A stretch of DNA of 64,000 nt from Pelomyxa schiedti (Eukaryota > Protista > Evosea): positions 124,001 through 188,000 of the forward strand of contig JAHLWZ010000505.1 of the NCBI GenBank assembly GCA_020536535.1, written 5' to 3'. The translations under genes were made by a program, and so were the position numbers. Every line of letters begins with the position of its first letter. The stretch's first letter is position 1. This document shows, piece after piece, positions 51,481-64,000 of this stretch. The notes under the pieces were generated by a model. It did no database searches and had not been told where the DNA came from. It saw only the letters and a list, made by a program, of their open reading frames with translations.

Positions 51481-51813
51481 TTATTCTTTAATTTCCTCCA
51501 TCCAACCCAATCTGTCTTAAACAACCAAAAGGGCATACTAGCATTGTACTCAACCGCGGATTTCACGTGCGGTTTTCCCGACATGGAGCCGCAAAGTTTG
51601 TAACAAAGAGGTCAAGAAACTTTGGTTCTGTTGGTTAGTATTATGGATTCTCCTCGTGGAGATACGTTGGAGGGGATCCCTCAAAGATTTGCAGAAATAC
51701 CGCTGATCACATCTATTCAATACGTAAAGTCCTCTGCAATTGCCGTTTTTGTACCTGAACCAGAACAAGTTGGGAACAGGAAAATTTGCTGGCCGCGGAA
51801 GTAAAAGAGAAAA

Positions 51814-54800
51814 ATGCAAACGGTCCGGGAGGCACTCTTGCGGGCGAAGATCGATGTCAAACCACTCGAAGATCTGCACTTCGATTTGGATGTGCCTCTC
51901 TCTCACGATTTCGTCAGGCAACTTGCTGAAAATTGCGAGGACATGGACGCTCCGTACTACAAAACCGTCAGCGACGAGGTTGTGCGTTTTCTTTCCGAGA
52001 AACGAAATGACGATGACCAGTTGAGGGATACGTTGAGAGGTTCCTTTCACGTTCTTTTAAAAATTTGACACGTGAAGCTAGTGTGTTTAACACAAATGAG
52101 AAATAGAAATTGGGATGGATGGTGCCTCAGATTCGTTGAGTGGAGCATTGGAGACTCTGGGAAAACCCTGCACGGTGGCAGTCCTGAGGGAGGTTCTTTC
52201 TCTGCCTGAAATTCCACCTCCACTTGCGCATGTTTTCAATTCCAAAAGAGGGTGGCTTCCGAAGCTTCGGCGGAGATTGGTTCCAATGATCGACCCCGGA
52301 GGAACTCCATCATCCACTGTCGATTCATTTCCAGGGAAGCTGACCGAGGCAGGATTCCAGGATTTGGAAGACCTCGTTGGTTTGGATTCTGGTGACTTTC
52401 AAAGACTCACAGAGTCACTGAAAATTCCAAGGGGGAGTGCAAACAAACTGTTGCAGCAATCAAAGGCCCTCGTTGGAGATGGAAAAAAAGTGTTGTACCA
52501 CACATTGAAAACTGCCTCTGTATTCAATGGCCTGATCACCACTGCACAAGAGGCACAGAACGGAAACACAGCGAACAAGGTAACTCTTGTCTCAGAGAAG
52601 GTTCTGAATCTGATCAACATGATTCGCCGTGGTTGCTGTTCACCCAGCGGTGACAGCATTGCCTTTGACAAACTTGATGAAGGTTTTGTCACCATTGGGC
52701 TTTTTGGTGACTTGAGAGTGGTAATTGACTTCCTGGTGCGAATTGGTGCTCTTCCCGAAGGCAAGAAACTCCCTGAGAACAATGGTCAGGCAGAGATACA
52801 TGCCCTCACAACGCAATTTTCAGAAGAATCTGAAATGAGAGGCAAGCCAGTGATGATCCTCGTGTTTGTTCCAGGGAGCACAAGCTTTTCCAACGTTCAG
52901 GAGTCTGATCCTGCATGCCTCTTCTTGCGGTTTCTTTACAGTCTCTGTGACAAAATTTTCATGTGCTTGTCTGAGCCAATGCTCGCTGAACTCCAAAACG
53001 AAACAGGAGAAGCTGAAACAACAAGGGTTGTTGAATGTGAAGTCGAGACGCCATCAATACAAGATAGGTGTGAGTTCGAGAAAGGGTTTGCTCAGAACCT
53101 CAGCCTCCCATCGTCAGATTCGCCTTGGAAAATGATCCAATGTGATAACAGTGTTAGTTTTGTCTGTTGTGAGGAAATCAATGAGAGCACGCTTGTTTCC
53201 CCTATTAGAGGCCAGATCCCTGCCTATTACTTCGCGCCCCATTTCAAGGATTTATTGCACGGTAAGGAACTGTGCACTGACGCTCTATGTTATGCCAAGA
53301 AGTTGGCACTCCTTCGATTGCTAAATCCCACTGCAGCCCAATCAGTTGAAGATGGAAACAAGGGCCCACTCAAGACTCTTCAGAAGGTTGTAAAACTGAT
53401 GGTAGTGCAACACTTCCAGCACGAATGGGAGCTCTTGAACCTTAAAGCACCTCATTCACCGAGCGGTAGTCGCGTTGTCCTGGACCAAACGAGGCTGAGA
53501 AATACTGTCGAAACATACCTTTCACAGACAACCTCAGTCGTTTTTCTCTTTGAGGAGTTTTGCCCCGTTAAAACCGAAAGTCAACTCCGCGATTTCTTGA
53601 GTCTCACAGAACACGAAATGAAACAAAGAATCACTTCATCTGGGAGTGAGGCACCAAGACCCCACATTCCACTTTCCACTCTTTCATCCTTAGGGTTTGA
53701 GCCACACTTTGTCTCTGAAATCACTTCCCTGTTGAAAAGGAAATTTATGTCTCAGTTTGAAGCACTCATCAAAGAAATACAAGCTGCTGTGTGCAACAAC
53801 CCTGATGAATTCTGTGGTGGAACATCATTTTCTTTGGAGCTGGACACTGCAATCCGCAAAGAAACTCCACACACAACACCTGAAAAAATGACCCTGACAG
53901 TGTTCCAGCAGTCGACTGACAAGGCAAACCCACATGTTAGTTTTGATTGTCAGATGGCTGTAAAATTGCCGCGGCACATGAAGTTCACAGTTGTGGAATC
54001 AAATATGGAGAAAACTGCTGGATTTTCCAATGTCACCCTTGCACCTCCTTTTTGTTTTGATGTGGACGTGGTCACCGTTCTTGGTTGTTTCCTGTTGCCT
54101 GGAAGCAAGGTGATGGTTGTTGGTGTTGACGCCGAAGACCCTTCAAATTACCTCATCTGCATCCATCACGAAGGCACACGCTTCCTCAGTTCGAAACTGC
54201 GAAAGAAAGGTGGCATTTCACAAGTCAACTTTTGTGCAACAACGAGAATTCTGGTGATGTGTTACTCCTCACCCGATTCCAGTGTCTGTGCTCTGAAGTT
54301 CAACGACTCATATTCGAAATATGACAACCTGGGCAGTTTCCCGCTTGACAACGATGCCGCTCTTGCGAGTGTGAAGGGAATTTTCCCAGTTCCAGAAGGG
54401 CAAAAGGTTGTTGTGACATTCCCAACAGTGGCCAAGCTCTTTGACTTCGAGAACAGAACTATATCAGAGTTGCCACAACTTGATGGTCCTGCACTTTTCC
54501 TCGGTCCTGAGTTCTTTCTCACTGTGAAACCGTCACTCCCCGTTGTTTCCGGCACGGTTTGTGAGAGGGAATCGTGCCATGTTTCTGTGAGAAGCTGCCA
54601 CAATCCCTCAATTGTTCAGAACTGGGAAACAAATCTTCTGGACTCTTGCCTGTTGCCCTCAACACTTCTGGTAAATTTTCGTGTTGGTGAAGGGGCACAA
54701 GAGCCTCATTTGATCCAATTCAATCCCACATCAGGTGAGATCTCCTCGGTGATCTTGTGTGCTGTGATGAAACACACAAAATTCTCACTTCAGATGGTGG

Positions 54801-57800
54801 CACCAGTGAGTCGGCCTTCATGTTCACCATTGAAATACTTGTTGGATGCCTCGAGTAAGTTTCCAATCACAGCCGTTTGTGATGTTGCACGGGAGGAGAA
54901 ACCACACAAATTGACTGTTGTGGTGCCATCAGCAACACCCGAAGCCAAGAGACTTGTATCCAAGCGGCTCCAGGAATACAAAGACAAACTTGTCCGTCTT
55001 TGCAAAACCCTTGGCACAGCTGACAAGTTCTTCACTGAGCATGTGACTTGCAGCATTGATCAAGGATGGTTTGAGATCGAACCGCTCCGATCCGTTGAGT
55101 TTGGAACGTGGCTGAAAACACTCATTTCACTCGTTCCCATCCAAATCGCCCGCGTCGACAACAACTGCTTGGTGTTGTGCAACACTGCATCTTCACAGGG
55201 AAAGACTGTGCGCGACAGCACTTCCCAACAAAATCTTGTAAATTTTACCCAAACCCAACACAGTGTTGCAGAGGGGATTTCGTTTGGACTCCTCGACGCG
55301 ATTTTCTCATCATGTTTCAACAAACCAGTTCTTGTTGTCACATCGATGGGAAAACAGAGCACAGGGAAGAGTTACACTCTCAACCACCTCTTGGGTGTTC
55401 TCTTTGACATCTCTGGTGGGAGGTGCACTGATGGTTGTTGGATGAGTGTTCGCGAGTATTCTGATTGCTTGATCGTGGCTTTGGATTTTGAGGGCCTTTG
55501 CTCACCAGAGCGTTCTGAGCAGGAAGACATTCTGCTTTCTCTGTTGAATGCATCTGTTTCCAACCTGACTCTTTTCAAGCTAGAATTTAGGATTGATAGG
55601 GAGACAGAAAAAATGTTCAGGAACTTCCAAGAGGGTGTTGGAATGTTGAAAGGGGATGACAAACTCTTCAAGGGTTGTTTCACTCTCATGGCAAAAGATG
55701 TTTCTGAAAGAGACATTGAAAGTTTATCTTCAGAATTCAACATCAAGTTTAAGAACATTGTGGAAACTAACCAGGGGCAAAACTTCCTTTCTCAAATGTT
55801 TCCAGGGAAGTTCACAATGATTATGTGTTCCCCACTCGGAACCACTGGATATAACGATAGCCTGATCAGCTGTGCCGAAATTCTACGGAAGCAGACACCA
55901 CAGTTCCGAAGTGGAGGAGAGTTCTCCTCGATGCTTAAGCTGATTTTAGCGAAGTTACACTTGAAAGACTGGTCTTCCCTCCAGGGACAAGACAGGGTGA
56001 TTATGGTTCGAATGCTCCAGGAACAGCTCCCATGGGCTGTCTCTTGTGGCAGCAAGTCAATATCCAGTGGCCATGAGGGACAACTTGTGAATTTGTCAAC
56101 TGGGGAGGTCGTTCCCCGCCCAGAATCGGTCACCATCTCTGGTGTCGGCATTCCCATTCCGAACTTCAATCTGCAAGCAGACCGTGAGGCAGATTTCACC
56201 AGGATAAGAGATGAGCTCAAGTGTCGTTTTGAGAATTATCTTTCAAAACCACTGAAGCAGAGTGATTTCAGGCCATGGCACAGCCAATTCAGTGATTTTG
56301 TGCACCAGGTCATTGAGAGCAGGAAGAGGCATGTGAAAGATTGGGTCTGTTCAAACACGAACAGGTCGCCTGCTTCTGTTCCTCCTCAGGACGAATGCCC
56401 TGAAGTCCAAGCATTTTTGGCTACAGTGGAGTTTTCGTTGCGAGGACTGGATTCACTCGAGGTTTGTTCAGACACGTGCACTTGGTGTCGGTTTCCGTGT
56501 TTACTTCTGTCTCGGCATTCAGGACAACACAACTGCAATGGATCTCACAAATGTGAAGCTGAGTGCACTTATTGCAAGTCCGCGGGCACGTGCGCCTATC
56601 CGGCAGGTCACGATGGTGATCACAACTGTGCAAGAGGTCACAAATGCAACCAGGGCTGCACTCTCTCGCGCAAAACAGGTTGCAATAGATTCTGCTCCCT
56701 TGTTGTAAATCACTCCGGCCCATGCATGTGCAATTCGCAGCAACACCTGTGTGGTGAAAAATGTTCCGCTTGTGGACCAGAAAGACCCTGTGGTGAGCCG
56801 TGCGCACTCCCTTGTGAAGATCATCGAAAACACGACTGCGGGAGGAGGCGCTGCCTGCACAGTTGCAGTTTCCCAAAGTGCACAAATCCATGTGCATCTA
56901 CAGACCACTTTCACGGGACTGCCGTCTCGGTTTCAGTATATCCACACTTGTGTGATAAAGAGCACGACTGTCAATCAGAGTGCGAGGTGCCTGGTTGGTG
57001 CCGTGTAGAATACATTCAGAAGGTGGAGAATCTTTCATACAATGGGCACAGGCAAAGTTTTGTTTATGAGAGGTCAACTGTTCCAGAACCAAGAAAGCAC
57101 TCTTGCTGCAAAAGGGTGCCACCAGGGCGGCAAGTCCATGAGGGATCTCACTCTTGCACTTATCCACAATCTGACCATCGTTGCAAACACTCGTGCCCAA
57201 CCTGTGGTTATATTTGTGAACTCAATTTTGGGCACCCTGGCAAGCATGCAGCGGCACACGGAAACATGATCAAAACACAATTTGTTTCCAGTGGCAAAGA
57301 CATTGACCTTGATGGTCGTTTGTATGAAGCCGGTGAACCAGGCGTGGCGGAGATCTGCAACCTGTTCTGCAACAAACTTGGCAGGCACATTCACATCCTT
57401 CCGTGCACAGCGCAGGGTGATGGGCCCTGCGTTCACACAGGAGCAGAAGGTCGAAGGCACGCCACCGTAAGGTATCTTCCAGATTCAAATATTCCGAAGG
57501 ATGAGCTCACACACGAGAGCTACTGGAATTCAATTGGATTCCGCGATCCCTGCACGGCTGAACACAGGGAGATTTTCAAATTGTGCGACTTTGAGTGTGG
57601 CGAAAATCGTCACACTGATCCTCGGTGCAGGTGCATGCTCCCTCTTTGGCACGCACGTAGTTCCTTACAAGTCAATGAATCCAAACAGTTCGAATGTGGG
57701 AAATTTGGTTTTGCATCATCCGATGGACACATATTCCTCAGGAAGCATGGACCCCCAGAAAACATGCACATCGTTTTATGCCTTGACGCATCCACATCGA

Positions 57801-58500
57801 TGAATAGACGTAGCCGGTGGCAAACACTTGTGAGAGGTGTTGAACAGTTCATTTCTGCCAGAAACAAACCAAGGGACGTCTACAGCATTGTCCTGTTCCA
57901 CGGTCAGGGAATTGTTGCCTGTGACAGGGTGTCACCTGACCAGGCCCGGGCTAACATTACCAGGGAACCTCATTTTGGGGGAGACACCAAGTTTTCAAGT
58001 GGTCTGTCAGTTGCGTATCGAAAGCTCATGGAGACTGACTGGTGTGGTTTTGTTGACTTTCTTTTGGCATTGTTGTTCACCAAACAAAAAGGTCTGACTA
58101 CCGTGCTGCTCTTATATTTATGTCGGATGGCGAGGATGAGAACTCGGAATGGGAAAGCAGCATGCTGAATATCAGGCAGCTCGCACATCAAAGAACTCTT
58201 TCAACTTATGTGATTGGAATCGGTGATGGCTTCAACTCCAGAAAGCTGCGAAGCGTTGCCGAAACCGGGGGTGCTCAGTTCGTTGCAGTCGACGCTGTGT
58301 GCACAAATCTGGCAACGGCCCTGCAGACAATTGACTCCAGAGCAGGGCAACCAGTTGCTTTGATGAATCCATTGCTAAACCTGAATCCGCCTCCCACTGC
58401 ACAACTCCGTGTGCGGGAGGCCACCTCCACTCCCACTTCCTACCCCACTTCATGCTTCACAGATCTGAGAAATTCGACAAAGAAAGGTGGCACCTCGTGA
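51814..58500 (+). CDS. Giant VLIG/GBP-like GTPase-Cys-rich-vWA protein, copy 3 (~2189 aa)
   Basis: Predicted join(51814..52039,52107..58041,58092..58500), in frame; same motifs and intron positions as copy 2. Confidence 0.9.
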
Positions 58501-58942
58501 GAGGTTATTATCGGTGTTTACGAATAAAATAATCAACGGACCAGAACTGCATTATTTTCTCTTTCAAGCGGACTGGAGTTTTTTTTTATCTGGCAGAAAT
58601 TAATTTAAATTGGCAGCTGGCGCTGAGGAAGCAGCAACTTCTGTTTGAAAAGCACAATTGTGTAGTGAAAACAACGAAGGCACTTAAAATTTAAATTATT
58701 TATTTGTCCTCATCTCTTTCCACATTCACTATATCTTGTTGGGCGCTACTGGACAATATCACACATAAGTCCGAGCTATGGGTCGTGAAAGCACATCTGG
58801 ATCAGTGGGTGGTGATTTTGGGCGGTGATGATGCACTTTTTGCAGTCAAATCAGGGTTCAGAGTTGTAGAGGTACAAGAACTTTGTAAGTCAGGACAACC
58901 CATGTCACACCAATGAGCAGAGTCACTTCATCCCATCTTCAT

Positions 58943-59830
58943 TCAAAAAGTCTTCTGAACTGAACATGGGAGGTACTCATGTTCATGTATTGGCTCAGTT
59001 GTTTCTAACAACATAAGCAAAAGGTAAAAAGAAGTTGAGTACATTTACCTAACGAAGAAATCTTCACCTTGTCCAGCTGTGTGTAGTCCCGGGACTCCTC
59101 AGGCTCTGTTTCCGGCTCCGGACATAACCTCCTTAGGATAGGTAAGAGACTAAAACACAGTAGGGGAACAAACTGGCCAAGGAACAAACTCATTGTCAGG
59201 CCCAGGATTGTAGTGCACATCGAAGATTATCTTTGCTTTTTGCAGCCAGTTGATTTCCACACTGTTGGCTAGCGTGGTACATGAGTAACACAAAAAAAAA
59301 AGAGTGATACCTGAGGCAGCTAAGCCTCCAACCCGTATCATTAGGGTGAAAAGATGCAGCAATAAAATTTGATATAAAATTTACTCGGCAGTTGTCTTCG
59401 TAAATCAATGCAGTAATCAGGGTGATGGTCAACCATCATACTGAAATGAAACTCGCACTTGCGCCAATTTTCCTCAACTGGCTGCTGATGTACAAAGTTT
59501 GTGAATACCTAGAGGGTTTAATAAAGCAAAAGAGGTGAGTGAAGAACACGCACATCACCCATTCTGTTTGTTTTTTTCACAAACTGAAAGCCCGCATGGT
59601 GGAGGTTACATAGCATTTTTGACAAAGGAAATATCTACCTTCACACCCGGTTTTCCTCTGCAAGGCACACCCTAGCAGAATACAAACCCTTGAATAGGAT
59701 ATTTGAAAGAGTCCCTGAAGCACGTTGGTAAGAATATAACTTATATAGAAACACATACATCGATAATACCGCTTCTGTGACAAGTTCCCGAACCCAAGGT
59801 GAAGGTCCCTCCATGGTCCCATTGGATATC
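58943..59830 (-). CDS. Possible small multi-exon hypothetical gene or gene remnant between copies 3 and 4
   Basis: Several typical GT-AG introns; three 3' introns splice in frame to ..NSVEINWLQKAKIIFDVHYNPGPDNERLCPEPE..QKTF-stop; the 5' part could not be resolved. Confidence 0.3.
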
Positions 59831-59934
59831 CATTCCCACGCGCGGCAAGTCCTGGAGCGTCAAAAAAGTGCTTTTTGTTCCGTTGCTCAAAATTGGTGGA
59901 ACATCAAAAACTTGCTTGGATAAAAGGGAAAAAA

Positions 59935-62900
59935 ATGCAAACAGTGAAAGAGGCACTGTCGCGAGCGGGGGTCGATGTCAAACCACTCGAAGATCTGCAC
60001 TTCGATTTGGATGTGGCTCTTTCCTGCAATTTCGTCTCTGTTCTCGCTGAAAATCGCGAGGACATGTAGCCTTCGTACTACAACATTGTCTACGACGCTG
60101 CAGTCCGTTGTCTTTCTGAAATAAAAGAAAACGACGATGACCAGTTGAGTGAGAAGTTGTCAGGTTCCTTTCAAGGATAACCGAAACACGATTGTTCTAA
60201 AATGAAACAGAAATTGGGATGAGTGGTGCCTCGGATTTGTTGAGCCGAGCATTGAGGACAATGGGAAAGCCCTGCACGGTGCCAGCCCTGCGGGAACTTC
60301 TGTCCATGCCTGATATTCCACCTCCACTTTTGGACACTTTAAATTCTAAAAAAGTAGGATGGCTCCCAAAACTTCGGCGCAGATTGGTTCCCATTATTGA
60401 CCCCGGAGGAACTCCATCATCCAGCATCGAGTCATTTCCAGGGAAGCTGACCGAGGCAGGATTCCAGGATTTGGAAGACCTCGTTGGTTTGGATTCTAGT
60501 GACTTTCGAACACTCACCGAGGCACTGAGAATTCCAAGGGTATCTGCGAACAAACTGCTGCAGAAAGCCAAGGACCTCGTTGGAAGCGGAAAAAAACCGC
60601 TGTGCCTCACACTGGAACACGCAACTGGGATCCACAGCTTGATCACCACCGTCAAAGAGGCACACAATGGAAACACAGTGAACAAGGTCACCCTTGTCAC
60701 ACAGAAGGTTGTGACTCTGATCAACCTGATTTGTAAGGGCAGCTGTTCACCCAGTGGTGACAGCATTGCCTTTGACAAACTCGATGACTGTTTTGACTTT
60801 GTCACCATTGGGTTTTTTGGTGACCTCGCATTGATCACCAATTTCCTGGTGCGAATTGGTGCTTTTCCTGAAGGCAAGAAACTCCCTGAGAGCAATGGTC
60901 AGGCAGAGATACACACCTTCATCACCCAGTTTGCAGAAGGATCTGAAATGAGAGGAAAGTCAGTGATGATTCTTGTCTTTGTTCCAGGGAGCACAAGCTT
61001 TTCCAACGTTCAGGAGTCTGATCCTGCGTGTCTCTCTCTGCGGCTTCTTTACAGTCTTTGTGACAGGATTTTCATGTGCTTGTCTGAGTCAATGCTCACT
61101 GAAATTCAACAAAGAAGAGGAGAAGCTGAAACACCAAGGGTTGTTAAATGTGAAGTCGAGAAGAGGGCAATCAAAAAAGATAGGTGCGATTTCCAGAAAG
61201 GCTTTGCCCAGAACCTCAGCCTCCCATCGTCAGATTCACCTTGGATAATGATCCGAGGAGAAGACAGGGTTGCCTTTGTCTGTTGGGAGAAAACCAATGA
61301 TAGTACATTGCCCTCCCCACTCAGAGGACAGATACCAGCGTATTGCTTTTCATCGCCGTTCAAGGATTTGTTGGGTGGGAGGGAGCTGTGCACTGGCACC
61401 CTCCCTTATCGCGACAAGTTGGCACTCCTTCGGTTGTTGAATCCCACTGCCACTCAATCAGTTGAAGATGGAAACAAGGGTCCAATCAATAATCTTCAGA
61501 GGGTTGCAAAGGAACAAATGAAATTGATACTAATGAGATACTTCAAGCACGAGTGGGGACTGTTGCAGCTTGAAGCACCTTGTTCACCAAGCGGTCATTG
61601 TGCTGATCTGGACCCATCCAGGCTGAGAGATATCATCAATGCATGCCTTTCAAAGACAACGTCTGTTGTTTTTCTCTTTGAGGAGTTTTGCCCCAAAAAA
61701 ACCCAAAGTCAAATCAGTGATTTCTTGAGTCTCACAGAACATGAAATGAAGCAGAGGGTCATTCAATTTACGAGTGATCATCCACCAAGGCCCCACGTTC
61801 CACTTTCTTCTGTTTCATCGTTGGGGTTTGAGCCACACTTCATTTCTGAAATCACTTCCATGTTGAAAAAGAAGTTCATATATCAGTGTGAAGCACTCAT
61901 CAAAGAAATTGAAGATGAGGTGTGCAGCAACCCTGATGAATTTTGCAGTGGGTCACCATTTTCTTTGGAGCTGGAAACCGCAATTCGCAAAGAAACTCCA
62001 CACACAAAGCCGGAAAAAGTGACCCTGACAATGTTAGAAGTGGGTGACAAAGCAAACCCACAAGTCACCATTACCATGGAGATGTCTGGAAAAGTTCCAC
62101 AACACATGAAGTTCACAGTTGTGGAACTGCGTTTGAAGACAACTGATGGGCGTTCCAATTTCACTCTCGCACCTCCTTTTTGTTTTGATTTGGACTTGGC
62201 GGCTGTTATTGGTTGTTTTCTCTTGCCGGAAGGCAAAGCGATGGTTGTTGGTGTTGACACTGCCAACCCTTCAAATTATCTCATCTGTATCCACCACGAG
62301 GGCACACGCTTCCTCAGTTCGAAACTGCCAAAGAAAGGTTGCATTTCCCATGTCAACTTTTGTGCAATAACGAGAATTCTGGTGATGTGTTACTCCTTGC
62401 CCGAGTCCAGTGTCTGTGCTTTGAAATTCAACGGCTCGTATTCGAAATATGAGAACCTGGGCAATCTCTCAATTGCTGATGATGCCGATCTTGCGGGTGT
62501 GAATGGAATTTTCCCAGTTCCAGAAGGGCAAAAGGTTGTTGTGACATTCCCAACAGTGGCCAAGCTCTTTGACTTTGAGCACAGAACCATTTCCAAGCTG
62601 CCACAATTTGATGGTCCTGCATTTTTCCTCGGTCCAGAGTTCTTCGTCACTGTGAAACCATCACATGAGAGGGAGTCGTGTGTTGTTTCTGTGAAAAGTT
62701 GCCTGCAACCCTCCAAAGACCAGAACTGGGAAACAAACCTCCTGAACCCACACCTGTTGCCATCAACACTTCTTACAAATTTTCAGGTTGATGGTGGGGA
62801 TGGGGCACCAGAATTACAGCTGGTACAGTTCAACCCCACCTCCCGTCACGTTTCCACAGTGGTCTTGTGTGCTGCAATGAAGCAAGCAAAGTTCTCTCTG

Positions 62901-64000
62901 CAGATGACCTCACAACCAAGTTGCCCTTCCTGCCTGCCCGATTACCTGCCTCTTATGTTAAGCAAGTTCCCAATCACAGCTGTTTGTGATATTGCATCGG
63001 AAGCGAAAACACACAAGTTGACAGTCATTGTCCCATCAGCAACACCCGAGGCAAAGAGACTGATCTCCCAGCGTCTGGGGGAATACAAAGAGAAGCTTGT
63101 CGGTCTTTTCAAAACACTTGGCACAGCTGACAAGTTCTTCACGGAACCTGTGACTTGCAGCATTGATCAAGGATGGATTGAGACCGAACCGCTCCAACCA
63201 ACAGGGTTTGGAACGTGGCTGAAAACACTCATTTCACTCGTTCCTGTTCAAATTGCTCGTGTTGACAACAACTGTTTGGTGTTGTGCAACAACAAGAGTT
63301 CTTCACAGGGAAATGATATGATTCAGTTCGCACAGACCCAGCACAGTGTTGCAGAAGGGATTTCATTTGGGCTCCTTGATGCCATTTTCTCATCATGTTT
63401 CAACAAACCAGTTCTTGTTGTCACATCGATGGGAAAACAGAGCACAGGGAAGAGTTACACTCTCAACCACCTCTTGGGTGTTCTCTTTGACATCTCTGGT
63501 GGGAGGTGCACTGATGGTTGTTGGATGAGTGTTCGCGAGTATTCTGATTACTTGATTGTGGCTTTGGATTTTGAGGGCCTTTGCTCGCCAGAGCGTTCTG
63601 AGCAGGAAGATATTCTCCTTTCTCTGTTGAACGCATCCGTTTCAAACATGACTCTTTTCAAGACTGAATTTACAATTGATCGGGAAACAGAAAGAATGTT
63701 CAGGAACTTCCAAGAGGGTGTTGGAATGTTGAAAGGGGATGACAAACTCTTCAAGGGTTGTTTCACTCTCATGGTGAAAGATGTTTCTGAAAGGGACATC
63801 GCAAGCTTAACCACAGAATTCAAGGAAAAGTTTAATAGCTTTGTGGAAACAAACCAGGGACAAAACTTCCTTTCTCAAATGTTTCCAGGAATGTTCACGA
63901 TGATTATGTGTTCCCCGCTTGGAACATCTGGCTATACTGAGAGTTTGCAGAACTGTGCCGAAATACTGCAGAAGCAAACACCACAGTTCCACAGTGGAGA
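59935..64000 (+). CDS. Giant VLIG/GBP-like GTPase gene, copy 4 (partial; exon 1 has an in-frame TAG, exon 2 is open from ATG 60219 to the window end)
   Basis: Manual translation from 60219 showed no stop up to 64000 and includes MGKQSTGKS, GGRCTDG and DFEGL; exon 1 (59935-60163) has TAG at 60067-60069. Confidence 0.85.

Noticed and set aside
44962-63992. Numerous 60-270 aa antisense and alternate-frame ORFs overlapping the giant ORFs
   Set aside because: Shadow ORFs of long coding exons; they recur only because the host genes are paralogous.

Overview
Eukaryotic nuclear scaffold from a compact, intron-dense protist genome (short GT-AG introns, degenerate donors, T/A-run-rich introns). Gene content suggests an amoebozoan, possibly an archamoeba such as Pelomyxa; this is inference only. 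The left 37 kb is a tightly packed run of single-copy genes: vWA-Vwaint-Vint (Hint) protein, GH3 beta-glucosidase, pallidin/BLOC1S6, F-box/G-beta-like WD40, TRAF-zinc-finger/pentapeptide protein, sirtuin, amidase, ADAT2, SEC31, ricin-B protein, BTB protein, urocanate hydratase, CDC27 and a Ras-Sec23-like/vWA fusion. After a 100-N gap, the right 26 kb holds a 441-bp-arm inverted-repeat element and a tandem array of four paralogous giant (~2,200 aa) VLIG/GBP-like GTPase genes with Cys-rich and vWA modules (one pseudogene, two intact, one running off the window). Top candidates for a second look: (1) a circularly permuted tRNA-like gene at 21151-21259 (minus strand; 3' half precedes 5' half, all tRNA invariants outside the anticodon arm present); (2) the near-intronless, mosaic giant-GTPase array; (3) a Vint Hint domain with a complete intein-like C...HN-T catalytic set; (4) a non-permuted Ras fused to the cpRas-type vWA module; (5) an F-box fused to a G-beta propeller. 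Exon boundaries were inferred by eye and no database searches were run.
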